64,000 nt of DNA from Mobula birostris (Eukaryota), in contig NC_092382.1 of the NCBI RefSeq assembly GCF_030028105.1, forward strand, positions 68,620,125-68,684,124, read 5' to 3'. Under the pieces are notes generated by a model that did no database searches, was not told where the DNA came from, and saw only the letters and a list, made by a program, of their open reading frames with translations. Position 1 is the first letter of the stretch. Each line of letters starts with the position of its first letter. This document shows, one piece after another, positions 12,382 through 25,659 of this stretch. The position numbers and the translations under genes were made by a program.

Positions 12382-15350
12382 GACGTCCAGACTTTTATCA
12401 ACTGACTGTAAGATTTACTACAGGATTTTTTATTTTAAATACCACTGCCAGATATATAACGTCTTTGCGCACAAAAAAAAAATACACAGCATACAATAAA
12501 ACACCTGTACGTCAATCCACGCAATCTTCAGGACAATATTGAAATGGTAGAAACTCTAGAAATACTATCGTGACAAGCGGGGTAATAAAACACCATAACA
12601 TTTCTCTTTATGGCCCTGTTCTCGCCTTGTGTTGGACTCCGGAGTCTGTTTTCAGCGAATCTGAGCATCTGAATGTTATGGGCCCTAACAGTACGAGGAC
12701 ACACCCTGAGTAATGTTCAGTCGATAACACGCTCATAAATCTGAACTTCAGCTTATTCAGCACGTAACGCCGCACACTGTTCCACAACGCTTGTGTTAAA
12801 CCACACAAAGACTCATTTTGCTTGAATGTCTTTCTAAGGTAAGGTTAGAGTCTGATTTACTACTTCACTACGGAAGCAATGTTTATGTTTCTCTCGAAAG
12901 GTTCACCTGCTCCGGAAAGGAAGTCAACTCCAATCCTGGTCCGCTTCTGTTGCTGTCATCACTTTGATTTATGGTTCAGCTTGGAACCGGTTTATTATAA
13001 GATTATAAACTACAGCGACAGCTCAGGGCAAAGATCGCTGTGGATTTATTGCTCAGAGACAGCAGAAGAAAGGGCGCTGTGAACTCTGAGGAAATACGAT
13101 GCATTTGGAGTATTGTTTTCCCTGTCCCAGATCTAACTGCCCCTGCTGCTTCTCTTTCCCTTTAAGGAAGAGAATTCCAGAGACACACTAGCTCCACCTC
13201 ATAAAAATAACCTCATCTCTCTTCACCTCTTTCTGGTCTCGCTGCAACAGTAAACATCGTCTCCGCATTCCTGACAAGACACCGCCTGATGTTCACCGTC
13301 ACCGGCAATTAATTGATCTGAACACCACCGGATTCATTTATGTAAACGCCATCGGATAAAATCTCCCCTCATTCATCTAAATAACAGCCAATACAATCAG
13401 CCTCCTGTCTATATCTAATACCAGCGAATATAGTGAAATGCCCCCATTCATCCAGTACCAGAGGACAAAATCGTGTTCCCTCTAATTCTACTAAGTCAGC
13501 AAAAACAAGCTGACGTTGATAAACGAGGCGGCGCGGTCAGCATTGAAGCGGACGGGTAACAACAGCAGAAGCCCCTGGGCATGCACTCAGTTGCCACATT
13601 ACCAAGTACAGGAGGTACATGTTAAAGTGCCCACTGAGCGAAGAATTGCCTAATTTTGTCTGCGGCCAGTCAGAATTAATACAATATTTGTTAATATAAA
13701 TATCATTGCCACATCATCTAAAAAAATCACAACCAGAGCAATAAAGCAACAGATGGCAAATCCGCGCGATTTTAAAGACAATATTGATTTGGTAGCAATA
13801 GTGGAAATACTGCTGTGGCGAGCGGGGTTATTAAAACACCATGACACAGCCCAGTACCAACCCTGTGTTTACCTGGCGCTGGACTCCTGCGTCTGGTTTC
13901 AGCGAATCCGAGCATCTGAATTTTATGGGCCCTAACAGTAAGTGATCACACCCTGGGCAATGTTCAGTCGCTAACACGCTGATAAACCTGAATTTCAGTC
14001 TATCCAGCAGGTAGCCCCACACCCTGGGCAATGTTCAGTCGCTAACACGCTGATAAACCTGAATTTCAGTCTATCCAGCAGGTAGCCCCACACCCTGTTC
14101 CGCAACGCTTGTGTTAAACCACACAAAGACTCATCTTGCCTGAATGAGTCTTTCTAACCTGTGGTCCCAGCCAGAATTAATACCTCAGAGCACGATGCAA
14201 TGATTACCTTTCTCTGGATAATTTGATCTGCTCCAGAGAGGAAGCACAACCCCAATCCTGGTTCCGCTCGGTTGGATATATTGTTCACCTTGGGTCCAGT
14301 TTATTCTCAGAATATAAACCTCAGCGGCAGCTCAGGGCAAAGATCGCTGTGGGTTTGTTGCACAGAGACAGCAGAAGGAAGCGCGCCGTGAACTCTGATG
14401 AAATATTATGCGTTTGGATTAATGTTCTCTTTTCAACAGTGGAGATTTCCTTTCTCCAGCTTCAACTGTGCCCCCATTGTGTCGACTTCCATTGATTTTA
14501 ACTCCAACCCGCTTTGAAGCCAAGGTTCATAGTTGTTCTCAGTTGGAACATGAGGGTAGTGGTCCGATTGTGACTCGGCTGTGCCGAGATTACCATCTCC
14601 CGGAGATAACTACCAGTCAAAGTTGACAGCGAGGGAAGTAGACCCTTCTCCTTCAGTTTATTGTTCACTTACAGATCGCAGCAATCAGATGAAATTAAGA
14701 CGATCTCCCGCTGGTGAATTTGCCTGACATCGCATTTACTTGGCACATACATCAACCATTTCTCATCAGTGACTGATGGGAAAACTCTGGATATTAAATT
14801 CACCGGGTCTATTTGTCGGAAGTTTCTGCTGGCATATTAATTAGTAGCAGGACATTCGGCCTCTCAGTCCTGTTCTGCCAGTGTCTATGATTCTAGGATC
14901 ACGACTGAACTGTGATCTGAACGGCCCAAGCCTGCCACAGCCTGCAACACGTCACTCACTTGCCTGTCAAGAATCTGTCTTCTGTGGAATTAAACACACC
15001 AAAAAGACTCCGCTTTGGAAACTTTGAGGAAGAAGATCCCAAACACACACTATCCCACCTCCTAAAAGTAACCCTACCTATTTTCACCTGTTTCAGCCCC
15101 CCTTAAAGCAGCAAACATATTTTCCACATTGCTGTCAAGATGTTTCGTTATGTTGTATTTTTCCAGCAACAGCTCAACTCATTATCGAAACAAGCGGATA
15201 AAAATCCTCTCATTCATCTAAATAAAAGTGAATAGCGTCATCTCCTCATTTTTATCCAATACCCGCAAATAAAGTCAAATTCCCACATTCCTCCAGTAAC
15301 AGGGCAAAATATGGATTTAATTTTATTTCTACAAAGTCCACGAAAGCAAT
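12270..15350. repeat. Old local tandem duplication, unit A ~12270-13500 and unit B ~13500-15350
   Basis: Shared blocks in the same order: Tc1 end, ttcagcgaatc..gggccctaacagta, caacgcttgtgttaaaccacacaaagactcat, gctcagggcaaagatcgctgtgg, ctcattcatctaaataa. Confidence 0.8.
13947..14097. repeat. Exact 71-bp tandem duplication
   Basis: cacaccctg starts at 13947, 14018 and 14089; the two 71-bp units are identical. Confidence 0.95.
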
Positions 15351-15944
15351 GTTCATAGACAATTCCTCACCAGGGAATTCAAGTAAACCATCTATCGGAA
15401 AATCTAGAGTGGAACTCTTAAAGCGCTGGACGTAATGAATCATCTATCAGACAGCTCTTGCAGCCAAGCGTGTGCCAAACACATTGCTTCGCTTTCCATC
15501 GGACTACACTGATGAGGTCGGGACGGGGATCCTGACAACTTGGTATCCTAAGATTTCCTCACCTTGCGCCCAAGTTGTCACCCGGAGAGGTCGCTCCAAT
15601 GCCTCTGTTCGCATGTTCGCAGCGACAGGACCAACACGGGCGGCACAGCAGTTAATTAGGGGGTAGGTCGACCCCACAGACTGGCACGGTATTCACCTGC
15701 AGAAACTACAGCAAGCGCTGCTGCTTTAAAATTGAACTGGACAGTCATAGCAGTCGTCCCAGCTCTACAAGGGACTGACCCTTCGCGCATTACATTTCCA
15801 TTGTCCTTCAATACAGACGAATGCCCTCGTCATCTTATGGTCTTATTGCCCACTTATAAAGAAGGCACGGCAGCCGTTCTGCTTTGCTGGAAGATTGCAA
15901 AGATTGGGCACGTCTTCTAACCAAGTTCTGTTATACGCGCGGTG

Positions 15945-16315
15945 GGGTGTATAGGAGCCTCAGGTTTAGCAACAAGTTGTACCGCTCAAATATCAGGCTC
16001 TGGAATCAGAGTGGATAACTTCACTCACTCCAATACTGAGTTGATTCTACAATCTATGAATTCACTTTAAATAATTTATAACACATGTCCTATTTACTCC
16101 GATATTATTCTTATTATTGTTATTTATTTTTGCGTTTGCACAATTTGTTGCCGGTTGCACATTGTCTGTTTGCCTGCTGCGTGTAGTTCTTCATTGATTC
16201 TATTGCGTTTCTTTATATTTGCTGTGAATGCCCGCAATAAGATGAAACTCGGCAAGGTGTATGCTGTCATCTCTGTACTTTGATAATACATGCATTTTGA
16301 GCGTTTATCTTTGAA
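15945..16315 (+). mobile_element. LINE (Rex1/Babar-like) 3'UTR fragment
   Basis: Similar to 61050-61570 (aacttcactcac..tgtactttgataata tail). Confidence 0.55.
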
Positions 16316-17614
16316 CAGTAATATGGATTTTATTCAGCTTTCCGGTTCAGTTTTACGATGATCTTTACCTTTATGACTCAGCAACCATGTTCTCTATCGG
16401 CTGCCCACTAAGTTCTACCTGACCCTCAACACTTTAAATGGAAGTTTTGAACAAAAGACCCGCAATAAATATTGACAAGATTTCAATCGGGTAGACGTCA
16501 TCAAATTCTGGCGACGTATCATTTACTAAGTCTGAAATATATACAAGTGGGGGATGTTTTTTCAAGGAAAATCAGGAACAGCGTGGTCAGTGCAAGGATT
16601 CTCTTCAATCCGCAAGACCTCATTTTTAAACTTCTGACAACATACGTCGACACACATTTGCTTGCCATATCCACTGCCAGAGACTCAACTGAAGGCGAAT
16701 TACGAAAGGTACTGGTAATTGAAAACTGTTGCATCTCAAGGGGACAATAGTGTTATATGAAAGATACCGCACCCAAGCTTTGCAAAACCCTTATACCATC
16801 TATGATATGATGAAATGCCTTATTGAGATCCGGTGTACAAAATACAATGGCCCTTCCCCACCTACTCATTTCGTTACTGCTCTGAAACCTAAAAAGCACA
16901 GTCCAGAAAAAAAAACAACAAAACTCAGGCTGATGCTGGTTATCTCTAAAAGGTTTCCGAATTTCTGCGTGCAAACCCAGAGTGTCTGAAGCGTACTTTA
17001 TAATGATTTAACTTCTAATGACCCTGCCCTCCATTTAATTGTTCGTCATTCATGAGACTCCTCAAGAAATGAACAATATGGGAGATTCTACACTCTTTGG
17101 TTAAAGTGAGGCCTCAACTATGGAGAAAGACGGAGTACGGATCACAATCACAATCTATTTCTCATCTCATCTCATGCCTCCAACTCTCCGTCGGCCTCGG
17201 AAATTCCAGGCGGCCTTTTTCTCCTTTGGTGTAGTACGCCGGTGGTTCCACGATTTACAAAGAATGCGTCAGCAGGGCAAATAGTATTTGCAGAATTTTA
17301 ACATGGTTTTCGCCACGATTCTGAGTTTATTGCAAACTGAACTCTTAACACGTTTCCCTCAGATCGTATGCCGTCTCTATCGCCGGACAGACAATGGTTG
17401 GGACTGATGTTATTTGGCATGAACGTCCAATCGGCGCTAAATGTAGGAGTTATCTCAGCTCATATTTCTCATCGTAGCTACCCACTGCTGTAGACTCCGG
17501 TTGGGCTCTGATTATTTCCTGTTTGGACCCCAAGGTTCTACTGTTCCGCGCTCTCTGAAACGTGATATATTAACCTGATCAATACCAGATGCCGAATCAT
17601 GCAGAATCTCAGGA

Positions 17615-17935
17615 CAGTCATAGAGTCATAGAGAACTTTAGAACATAAACAGAGCATACGGCCCATTATTTCCTGCCAAAATCGCTTAAAATGTCAATTT
17701 CTATCGATATACCTTAGCCCTCCCTATCGCTACTATCCTTGTACCAATCCAAACTTCTCTTAAAAGTGGAAACCGAGCTCGCCTGCACTACCTGTTCTGG
17801 CGATTCATTCCACACTGTCAGGACCCTCGGGATGAGAAAGTTAATCCTCATGATCCCCTTAAATGTCTTACTTTTTTCCATTAATCCATGACCTCCGGTT
17901 GTAGTCCCGCCCAACCTCAGTGGAAAACGCCTAAT
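17615..17935 (-). mobile_element. Older CR1 3'-end fragment
   Basis: TGGHGL..PRVLTVWNESP motif and 3'UTR. Confidence 0.75.
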
Positions 17936-17937
17936 TG

Positions 17938-20018
17938 AACATAGAGCATATAGAATAATACAGCACAGTATAGGCCCTTCGGCCCACAATGTTGTGCCGA
18001 CCCTCAAACCCTGCTTCCCATATAAGCCTCCACTTTAAATTCCTCCATATACCTGTCTAGTAGTCCCTTAAACTTCACTAGTGTATTTGCCTCCACCACT
18101 GACTCAGGCAGTGCATTCCACGCACCAACCACTCTCTGAGTAAAAAAAAAACTTCCTCTAATATCCTCCTTGACCTTTCCACCCCTTACCTTAAAACCAT
18201 GCCCTCTGGTATTGAGCAGTGGTGCCCTGGGGAAGAGGCGCTGGCTATCCACTCTATCTATTCCTCTTGTTATCTTGTACACCTCTATCATGTCTCCTCT
18301 CATCTTCCTTCTCTCCAAAGTGTATAGCCCTAGCTCCCTTAATCTCCGATCATAATGCATACTCTCTAAACCAGGCAGCATTCTGGTAAATCTCCTCTGT
18401 ACTCTTTCCAATGCTTCCGCATCCTTCCTATAGTGAGGCGACCAGAAATGGACACAGTACTCGAAGTGTGGCCTAACCAGAGTTTTATGGAGCTGCATCA
18501 TTACGACCGTTGAACTCTATCCCTCGACTTATGAAAGCTAACACCCCATAAGCTTTGTTAATTACCCGATCCACCTTTGTGGCTACTTCCAGGGATCTGT
18601 GGGCATGTAACAGTAGATCCCTCTGCTCTCCCACACTACCAAGTATCCTGCCATTTACTTTGTACTCTGCCTTGGAGTTTGTCCTGCCAAAGTGTACCAT
18701 CTCACACTTCTCCGGGTTGAACTCCATCTGCCACTTCTCAGCCCACTTCTGCATCCTATCAATGTCCCTCTGCAATCTTTGACAATCTTCTACACTATCT
18801 ACAACACCACCAACCTTTGTGTCGTCTGCCAACTTGTCAACCCACTCTTTCTACCTCCACATCCAGGTCGTTAATAAAAGTCACGAAAAGTAGAGGTCCT
18901 AGAGCAGATCCTTGTGGGACACCACTAGTCACAATCCTCCAATCCAAATGTACTCCCTCCACCACGACCCTCTGCCTTCTGCAGGCAAGCCAATTTTTAA
19001 TCCACCTGGCCAAATTTCCTTGGATCCCATGCCTTCTGAACTTCTGAATAAGCCTACCGCGTGGAACCTTGTCAAATGCCTTACTAAAATCCATGTAGAT
19101 CACATCTACTGCACTATCCTCATCTATATGCCTGGTCACCTCCTCAAAGAACTGTATCAGACTTGTTAGACACGATCTGCCCTTCACAAAGCCATGCTGA
19201 CTGTCCCAGATCAGACCATGATTCTCTAAATGCCCAGAGATCCTATCTCTAAGAATCTTTTCCAACAGCTTTCCCACCACAGACGTAAGGCTCACTGGTC
19301 TATAATGACCCGGACTATCCCTACTACCTTTTTTGAACAAGGGGACAACATTCGCCTCCCTCCAATCCTCCGGTACCATTCCCGTGGACAAGCAGGACAT
19401 AATGATCCTAGCCAGAGGCTCAGCAATCTCTTCCGTCTCCTCGTGGAGCATCCTGGGAAATATTCCGTCAGGCCCCGGGGACTTATCTGTCCTAATGTAT
19501 TTTAACAACTCCAACACCTCCTCTTCCTTAATATCAACATGCTCCAGAAGATCAACCTCACTCATATTGTTCCCAACATCATCAAGTTCCCTCTCATTGG
19601 TGAATACCGAAGAGAAGTATTCATTGAGGACCTCGCTCACTTCCACAGCCTCCAGGCACATCTTCCCACCTTTATCTCTAATCTGTCCTACCTTCACTCC
19701 TGTCATCCTTTTGTTCTTCCCATAATTGAAGAATGCCTTGCTGTTTTCCTTTACCGTATTTGCCAAGGCCTCCTCACGCCCCCTTCTTGCTCTTCTCAGC
19801 CCCTTCTTAAGCTGCTTTCTTGCTTACCTCCATTCCTCAATAGGCCCACCTGATCAGTGCTTCCTAAACCTCATGTATGCTGACTTCTTCCACCTGACTA
19901 GATTTTCCACCTCACTAGTCACCCATGGTTCCTTCACCCTACTATTCTTTATCTTCCTCACCGGGACAAATGTATCCCTAACATCCTGCAAGAGATCCCT
20001 AAATATCGACCACATGTC
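17938..20018 (-). mobile_element. 5'-truncated young CR1 LINE (RT), frameshifted
   Basis: ORFs 18837-19766, 18485-18832 and 18004-18501 with [34 protein letters not shown] and ADDTK. Confidence 0.95.
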
Positions 20019-20019
20019 A

Positions 20020-20138
20020 AGTTCAACAGGGCTTCACAGGGAAAGAGGAAAGGTGCAGCTGACTCATATCGCCAAATCATATCGTTTCATCGCGGCCCGG
20101 TAGCACATGCTGTGCGACCCGGTGGCTGGGGACCACTG
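20020..20138 (-). mobile_element. One end of a hAT (Charlie/Buster-like) non-autonomous DNA transposon
   Basis: Terminus CAGTGGTCCCCA on the minus strand; adjacent 8-mer ctttactc has a central TA; the paralogous block at 37986 lacks the element. Confidence 0.55.
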
Positions 20139-20684
20139 CTTTACTCGAGTTAAACCGCACACAGTGTATAACTTTGCCTAATAGTAATGCTTCTTTACAA
20201 CTTCATTCCTATCAGGCTGGATGTATAATATTTCCTTCTTCATCGTTAAAATAAGGTTGGCCTGTTTGTTCCCCCTGCTTTTCCTTTCCCTGTGGGCGAT
20301 AAACAAAAAATCAAGGATACTTGTACATTCCGCCCCACCATACGGAGACCGATGCTATTCTACCCTCTATATGATAGGGCAATATGATTTGTCACTGGGG
20401 GCAATGGAAGTCATGAAACCTGTCATAAACGCACTTTTCGATCAGGAAGGTTTTGTATCAACCTGTAATCCCTGTAATTCTCTTATTTCACCAGTTCCGA
20501 AACCAGGTCGTGATAGTAAGTGACTTTTTATTTTTTTACAATACTTAAGGGCGATTAGCAAGATACCATCTCAAGGGTTCAGGAACGGCAATTTAACAGA
20601 ACGACATGGGGCCGCAGACAACCCATTGCAAAGTGTTCTGCACGACTACCAGCAGTTTTAATAGGATGCCTGGTTGTCCAACAC
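20139..20684 (+). repeat. Dispersed duplicated block, copy 1 (paralog 37986-38449)
   Basis: Long near-identical runs, e.g. caggctggatgtataatatttccttcttcatcgttaaaa and gggcgattagcaagataccatctcaagggttcag. Confidence 0.9.
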
Positions 20685-20712
20685 CTGTCGCCGACACTAC
20701 AATTTAAAAAAA

Positions 20713-21075
20713 AACATAGAACATATAAATCTACAGCACATTACAGGCCTTTCGGCCCATAAAGTTGTGCCTAGCATGTAACCTACTCTAAAAACTGCCT
20801 TGTATTTCCCTAGCCCATAAACCTCTAGTTTTCCTAGTCCCATGTACCTATCTAAGAGGCTCTTAAAAGACCCTATTGCATTCGCTTTCATCACCGCCGC
20901 CGGCAGTGTACTCCACGCACCCAACACTCTCTTTTTGAAATCTTAACTCTGACATTCTCTCGGTACCTATTTCCAAACACTTTAAAAGTATTCCTCACGT
21001 GTTAGCTATTTCGTCCCTGGGAAAGAAGCCTCTCGTGATCCACGTGATCAATGTCCCTCATCATTTTATATATAT
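20713..21075 (-). mobile_element. CR1 3'-end fragment
   Basis: LGAWSTLPAAV..SFKSLLDRYM motif and tail. Confidence 0.85.
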
Positions 21076-22308
21076 AGTAACGGTAGAAAGTTTCAATCCT
21101 ATTAAATTAGATATCCCTGATGAAGTGTGTAGGCCTGAAACATTGACTGTTTACTCTTTTGCATCAATTCTACCTGACTTGCTGAGTTCCTTGGGACTGT
21201 GTGGGAATTATTTTAGTTTCCAGCTTCTGCAGATGTTCTCTTCTTTGCGACTGGACTTGGACAAAGTCGATAACGTTAGAGCCCGCGCTGTAGACAGGAG
21301 ACAAAATTAACCCCAGTCAATACCAACTCCGGAACGCGATGGTCTTGTCATTTAATCTTGCCAGGCAATTTTGTTGCAGTCTTTAAGGCACTCAATCTGA
21401 TTGGGAGTTAAATTGGCCAAGACTAGAATGAAGTCGCTTGGGACTCACGCTGCCTTTGTGTTCACGGTGGTCGGAAATGGGACATAATCCTTACGTATCA
21501 CTGGAAACATTATTTATGATAAATCGTTTAGCTAGTAATAACAGACGCGAAGAGCATAAATTTATCGTGCGCTCGAAAAGATATCGGTCCTGTCAACTCT
21601 TACTTCCGTCAACCCCGGGCGAGGAGAATCACCGGTGTTGTATAACGCTGAGCGGTGGCAGGGAAGACATCAGCGAGACGGAACTGGAAATCCAGCAGAG
21701 TGAGTAACGTTCCGTCAGAAAGCGGTACAACATCATTTAAAGTAATTTTAATTCCGATTTCCAGTATCAGTCTTTTATTTTTCAAACATCGATAAACCTT
21801 CCAAGTAGAACTCAGTTAGTTCGAGAGAGAGAAAATAAAATGACTTTTTCCTGATGCTCTGGAAGTTTATTAAATTTCAGAGTACATTTATTATCAATAA
21901 AAATATATGTTCCATGCAATGAGATTTATTTTGTTCAGTACCGGACAGAAGGTGTGCTCAGAGAGAAACGGAGAGAGGACGGAGAAGGAAAGAAAGAACC
22001 TGTCACGAGGCCTCAGGACGTGAATACAGATAAAGCCAGAGATATGCAGGGACAACGAGGGAGCAGGTCGGAGATGCAGATGGAGTTGAAAAAAGAAGGG
22101 AAAGAAAAAACACGCTATGTTTCAGCGCGATCATGTTTCCCTCAGGGTTAAACTCACCAGTCTGCAATGAGATTAAATTTTGTTCAGGACGTGTGGACAG
22201 GGAGAAAGATTTTCACGGGACCTCAAGATGTGAACGGAGATAAAGTGGCAGATATGAAAGGACAAAGCGGAGCAGTCTGGAGATAGAAAAGGAGTTGGAC
22301 AAGGAAAG

Positions 22309-22310
<2 letters not shown>

Positions 22311-22380
<70 letters not shown>

Positions 22381-22391
22381 ACACACACACA
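22311..22391. repeat. (CA)n microsatellite
   Basis: Directly visible. Confidence 0.98.
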
Positions 22392-22784
22392 TGTTGCAGT
22401 CTGTTAACCTTTTCCTCACCGGTGTGGCTGAAGGAGCAAGCGAGGACAGCGAGTAAAGGGAGCGGATTCTTACTAACTGAACCAACCCAGAGCAAAACGC
22501 TGTCAGATATAATAGAGATTATTAAAATAAAACGGGCAGGACCTGACTATAGACCCTCCATCGGAGTGAATTACAGCTGAGGTGACCGTTACATATTGCA
22601 TATTTGATGAAGGACACATTTCACCTGTACGGGGTAAACAGCGAGTGAAATATATCATCACAAAATTCATGCATATTTCAGAGCGCTCAGTTGTTACCCG
22701 TGGTTCTACACATCAGCAAGTAGATAGATTATGAAGGAAACATGGTGTTTGACTTACATCTCCGGCAGAAAGCAACAAGGCGCT

Positions 22785-24487
22785 CTATGATTTAAGGAAT
22801 TTGGTTAACAGTTTCAATGGGTATATCACCGCGTTCTTCAGCTCCTCTCTGAACTTGCTCTGAGTCACGGCGTAAATACATGTGTTGGTGCAGGAGCTGG
22901 GGATCTGCAGCATTGTCGCCGTGGAGTCTGCGATATAAATCGGACCAGGGTCCGAAAAATGAGGGATGCTTGCAATCAGTACGTAGATGTCAAAAAACAG
23001 CAGTGTTAACCACAGAAATATAAAACTACCGGTTACACTGAATAGTATAACGACGGAGTTTCGTCGGTTCTCCATCTCCGGGTCCTTGTTATTCTTTCCG
23101 TTACTGCGGCCCCGGGGCCCCATCCGGACTTTACTGGCGGAAAAAAATCCGTCTAACTATCAGAGAATTGAACAATAAAATCAGAACAAACGGGAAACAA
23201 GGCATTAAAATACGATGAATCATCAGAAGTGCGGCCCACGAGTGGGACGTATAGAAGTTCCCTTTGGTCAAACAGCCATAGGAAACTCCATTAATTATCG
23301 CCAAAGGCTCCAATGTAAAGTAGAAAGTGACACTTTCTGAACAGCCCAAAACACTCACTGACCCGATCACCACAGCTGCCATTCTTTCAGTGCAATATTT
23401 TGTCTTTAGCTTTTCACAACAAATGGCCATAAACCTGTCACAGGTGAACGCGACTGTCAGCCACACAGAGACCCCGGTGCTTGCTACATGCAGGCAATGA
23501 ACGACCCTGCAAACGGGAGTCCTATGGAGGAAGGAAATCTAAAGTATATGTAAACAGTCCACTTCAGCAGAGGGTCAGAGATCACGACCAGGAGATCGGC
23601 CGCTGCCATTCCCAACAGGTAGAGAGTGATACATTTGGAGAGACCGCACTTTCCTCGGAACAGGATAACAATCGCCACCAGGTTAACTGCAAGAGGGAGG
23701 GAAAGAAGCAGTGGAATTACTGACCTGTCAGGGCAATAGAGAAAAAATATAGTAGCATTAGACTTGATCTTGTGTTTTTTTTTTCTGCTTCAAATGGTGG
23801 AAACCAGGCCACGGACATATGAAGCTACTGACAGTGTGCAATATCTGCGTGACGGAGAACTTGCCGCTAGATTTGTAAATGAGTTAAATCTGGGCGAATT
23901 TCCAACCCGACGAGAGGACAGCTGGTAAAATGCTTCCTCGGCAGCAGTAAGGAATGGGTATTAAATACCAACATTACTGCTCAGAGCAGCACAGGAATAA
24001 AATGAAATCCACTTCGGCAGTTCCCTCTGCTCATATTTCTAACATAAATGAGCCATTCGCGTTGTTCCATCACGCAGTCGCGCAATTCACGGGCGATTCA
24101 TACGGACAAAACAGAAGGTCTGCTGGCTCTCACGGATGCAGTGTCACCCGGTGTCTTCCTGTGCAGTCATTTCAATTCACTATTATTACATGATATCGAG
24201 ACAGCGGAGAGGATTTCAGTCAAAGGCAGCATCTCAGCTCCAATATGGAACTCTGCCTGCTACGAAAGCAATGAGAAGAATATTGTCAGCGCTTCCGCCT
24301 ATGACTGAAATGCAGGGACCGGGCAGGTGGTTGTCGAAACAAGTAGCGAGAGAAACACTTCAGACAATCGGAATTAACTATCAGTTCCTGCCGATTGCAG
24401 GCGTGACAGCGGCTTACCAGGAATTCCAACGGCTGAACTAACTGGGTAGTAAATGTCTTCTATCCGCCAGATTACTGGATATCCCAT
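22785..24487 (-). pseudogene. GPR139/GPR142-like class A GPCR, frameshifted; exon 1 24487-24418, exon 2 23686-22785
   Basis: Exon 1 MGYPVIWRIEDIYYPVSSAVGIP followed by gtaag; acceptor cttgcag; exon 2 NLVAIVILFRGKCGLSKC..AAADLL, WLTVAFTCDRF, DPEMENRRNS, SSCTNTCIY..KFREEL; frameshifts near 23540 and at the A-run near 23141-23147. Confidence 0.9.
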
Positions 24488-24569
24488 TTGAGTGACGCAG
24501 TGTCCGCTATTGCTCTGAATTCCACAGCTCGGCAAGTCACTCTGGGTTGACGTACTGCAACAGGAGCTG

Positions 24570-24576
24570 ATTTATA
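24570..24576 (-). promoter_or_regulatory. Putative TATA box of the 22785-24487 GPCR
   Basis: TATAAAT about 83 nt upstream of the ATG; both paralogs have a similarly placed TATA. Confidence 0.5.
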
Positions 24577-25267
24577 CAGGGGATCAGTCTCCAGTGACGA
24601 GGCCCCACCTCTGACCATTGTTATTGAACAAACACATTACATCACCACCAGTGTCTCCGGTGAAAATGTTGTGGGGATGTAACACCAATGCGTCAATTAC
24701 CATATTTCGATTCCTCTTTGTAATTCGAACAAAATGTGCAATGAGACCAGTGAACGGACAATGAGCGGCTGTATTTACAACTTTTCCACAGTGTATTGGC
24801 AGCCGTCACGATTGTTCCCATTTTTAAACCTGAAATTTTCACGGTGGTTCTGTTTTCACAAGCAATCCGGAATCGATGTTTCCAGCATTTTCGGCACTTT
24901 CCACTGACACGCCTGCTGTTTCATCTACAAATAGATCCGGTTTCCCCTCAGTGTGCTCTGGATCGAGGGACGCATGAAAACCCCTCTCAATCTCCTGCTG
25001 GAGACTTCAGTTCAACGTCTTCCACTTTTTATTAATTCAGCAGCTCCACATTGGCCGCTCAGTCACCAAACCCAACCCACCCGTCACACTATGTGCCACC
25101 AGGTCATACCCGCTGTGTGCACAGACACTCTGTCCAGTCCTCTGCCAGCCCTGGACGACATCGATGTTTACGTCATTTTGATTAGTCTCCCGTCTATAAT
25201 ATTTATTTTCGATGCATTGAATTCCAGAGCTGTTCACAGTTTCCTTCATCGCTTAAGCTATCTTCTT

Positions 25268-25659
25268 NNNNNNNNNNNNNNNNNNNNNNNNNNNNNNNNN
25301 NNNNNNNNNNNNNNNNNNNNNNNNNNNNNNNNNNNNNNNNNNNNNNNNNNNNNNNNNNNNNNNNNNNNNNNNNNNNNNNNNNNNNNNNNNNNNNNNNNNN
25401 NNNNNNNNNNNNNNNNNNNNNNNNNNNNNNNNNNNNNNNNNNNNNNNNNNNNNNNNNNNNNNNNNNNNNNNNNNNNNNNNNNNNNNNNNNNNNNNNNNNN
25501 NNNNNNNNNNNNNNNNNNNNNNNNNNNNNNNNNNNNNNNNNNNNNNNNNNNNNNNNNNNNNNNNNNNNNNNNNNNNNNNNNNNNNNNNNNNNNNNNNNNN
25601 NNNNNNNNNNNNNNNNNNNNNNNNNNNNNNNNNNNNNNNNNNNNNNNNNNNNNNNNNNN
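25268..25659. other. Assembly gap (392 N)
   Basis: Run of N next to GT-rich low-complexity sequence. Confidence 1.

Noticed and set aside
15509-15540. CTGATGA as a hammerhead core or C/D snoRNA box C
   Set aside because: No suitably placed GAAA or stems; the distance to the next CTGA is too short for a snoRNA
22173-22495. Cys/Val-rich ORFs
   Set aside because: Translation of the (CA)n microsatellite
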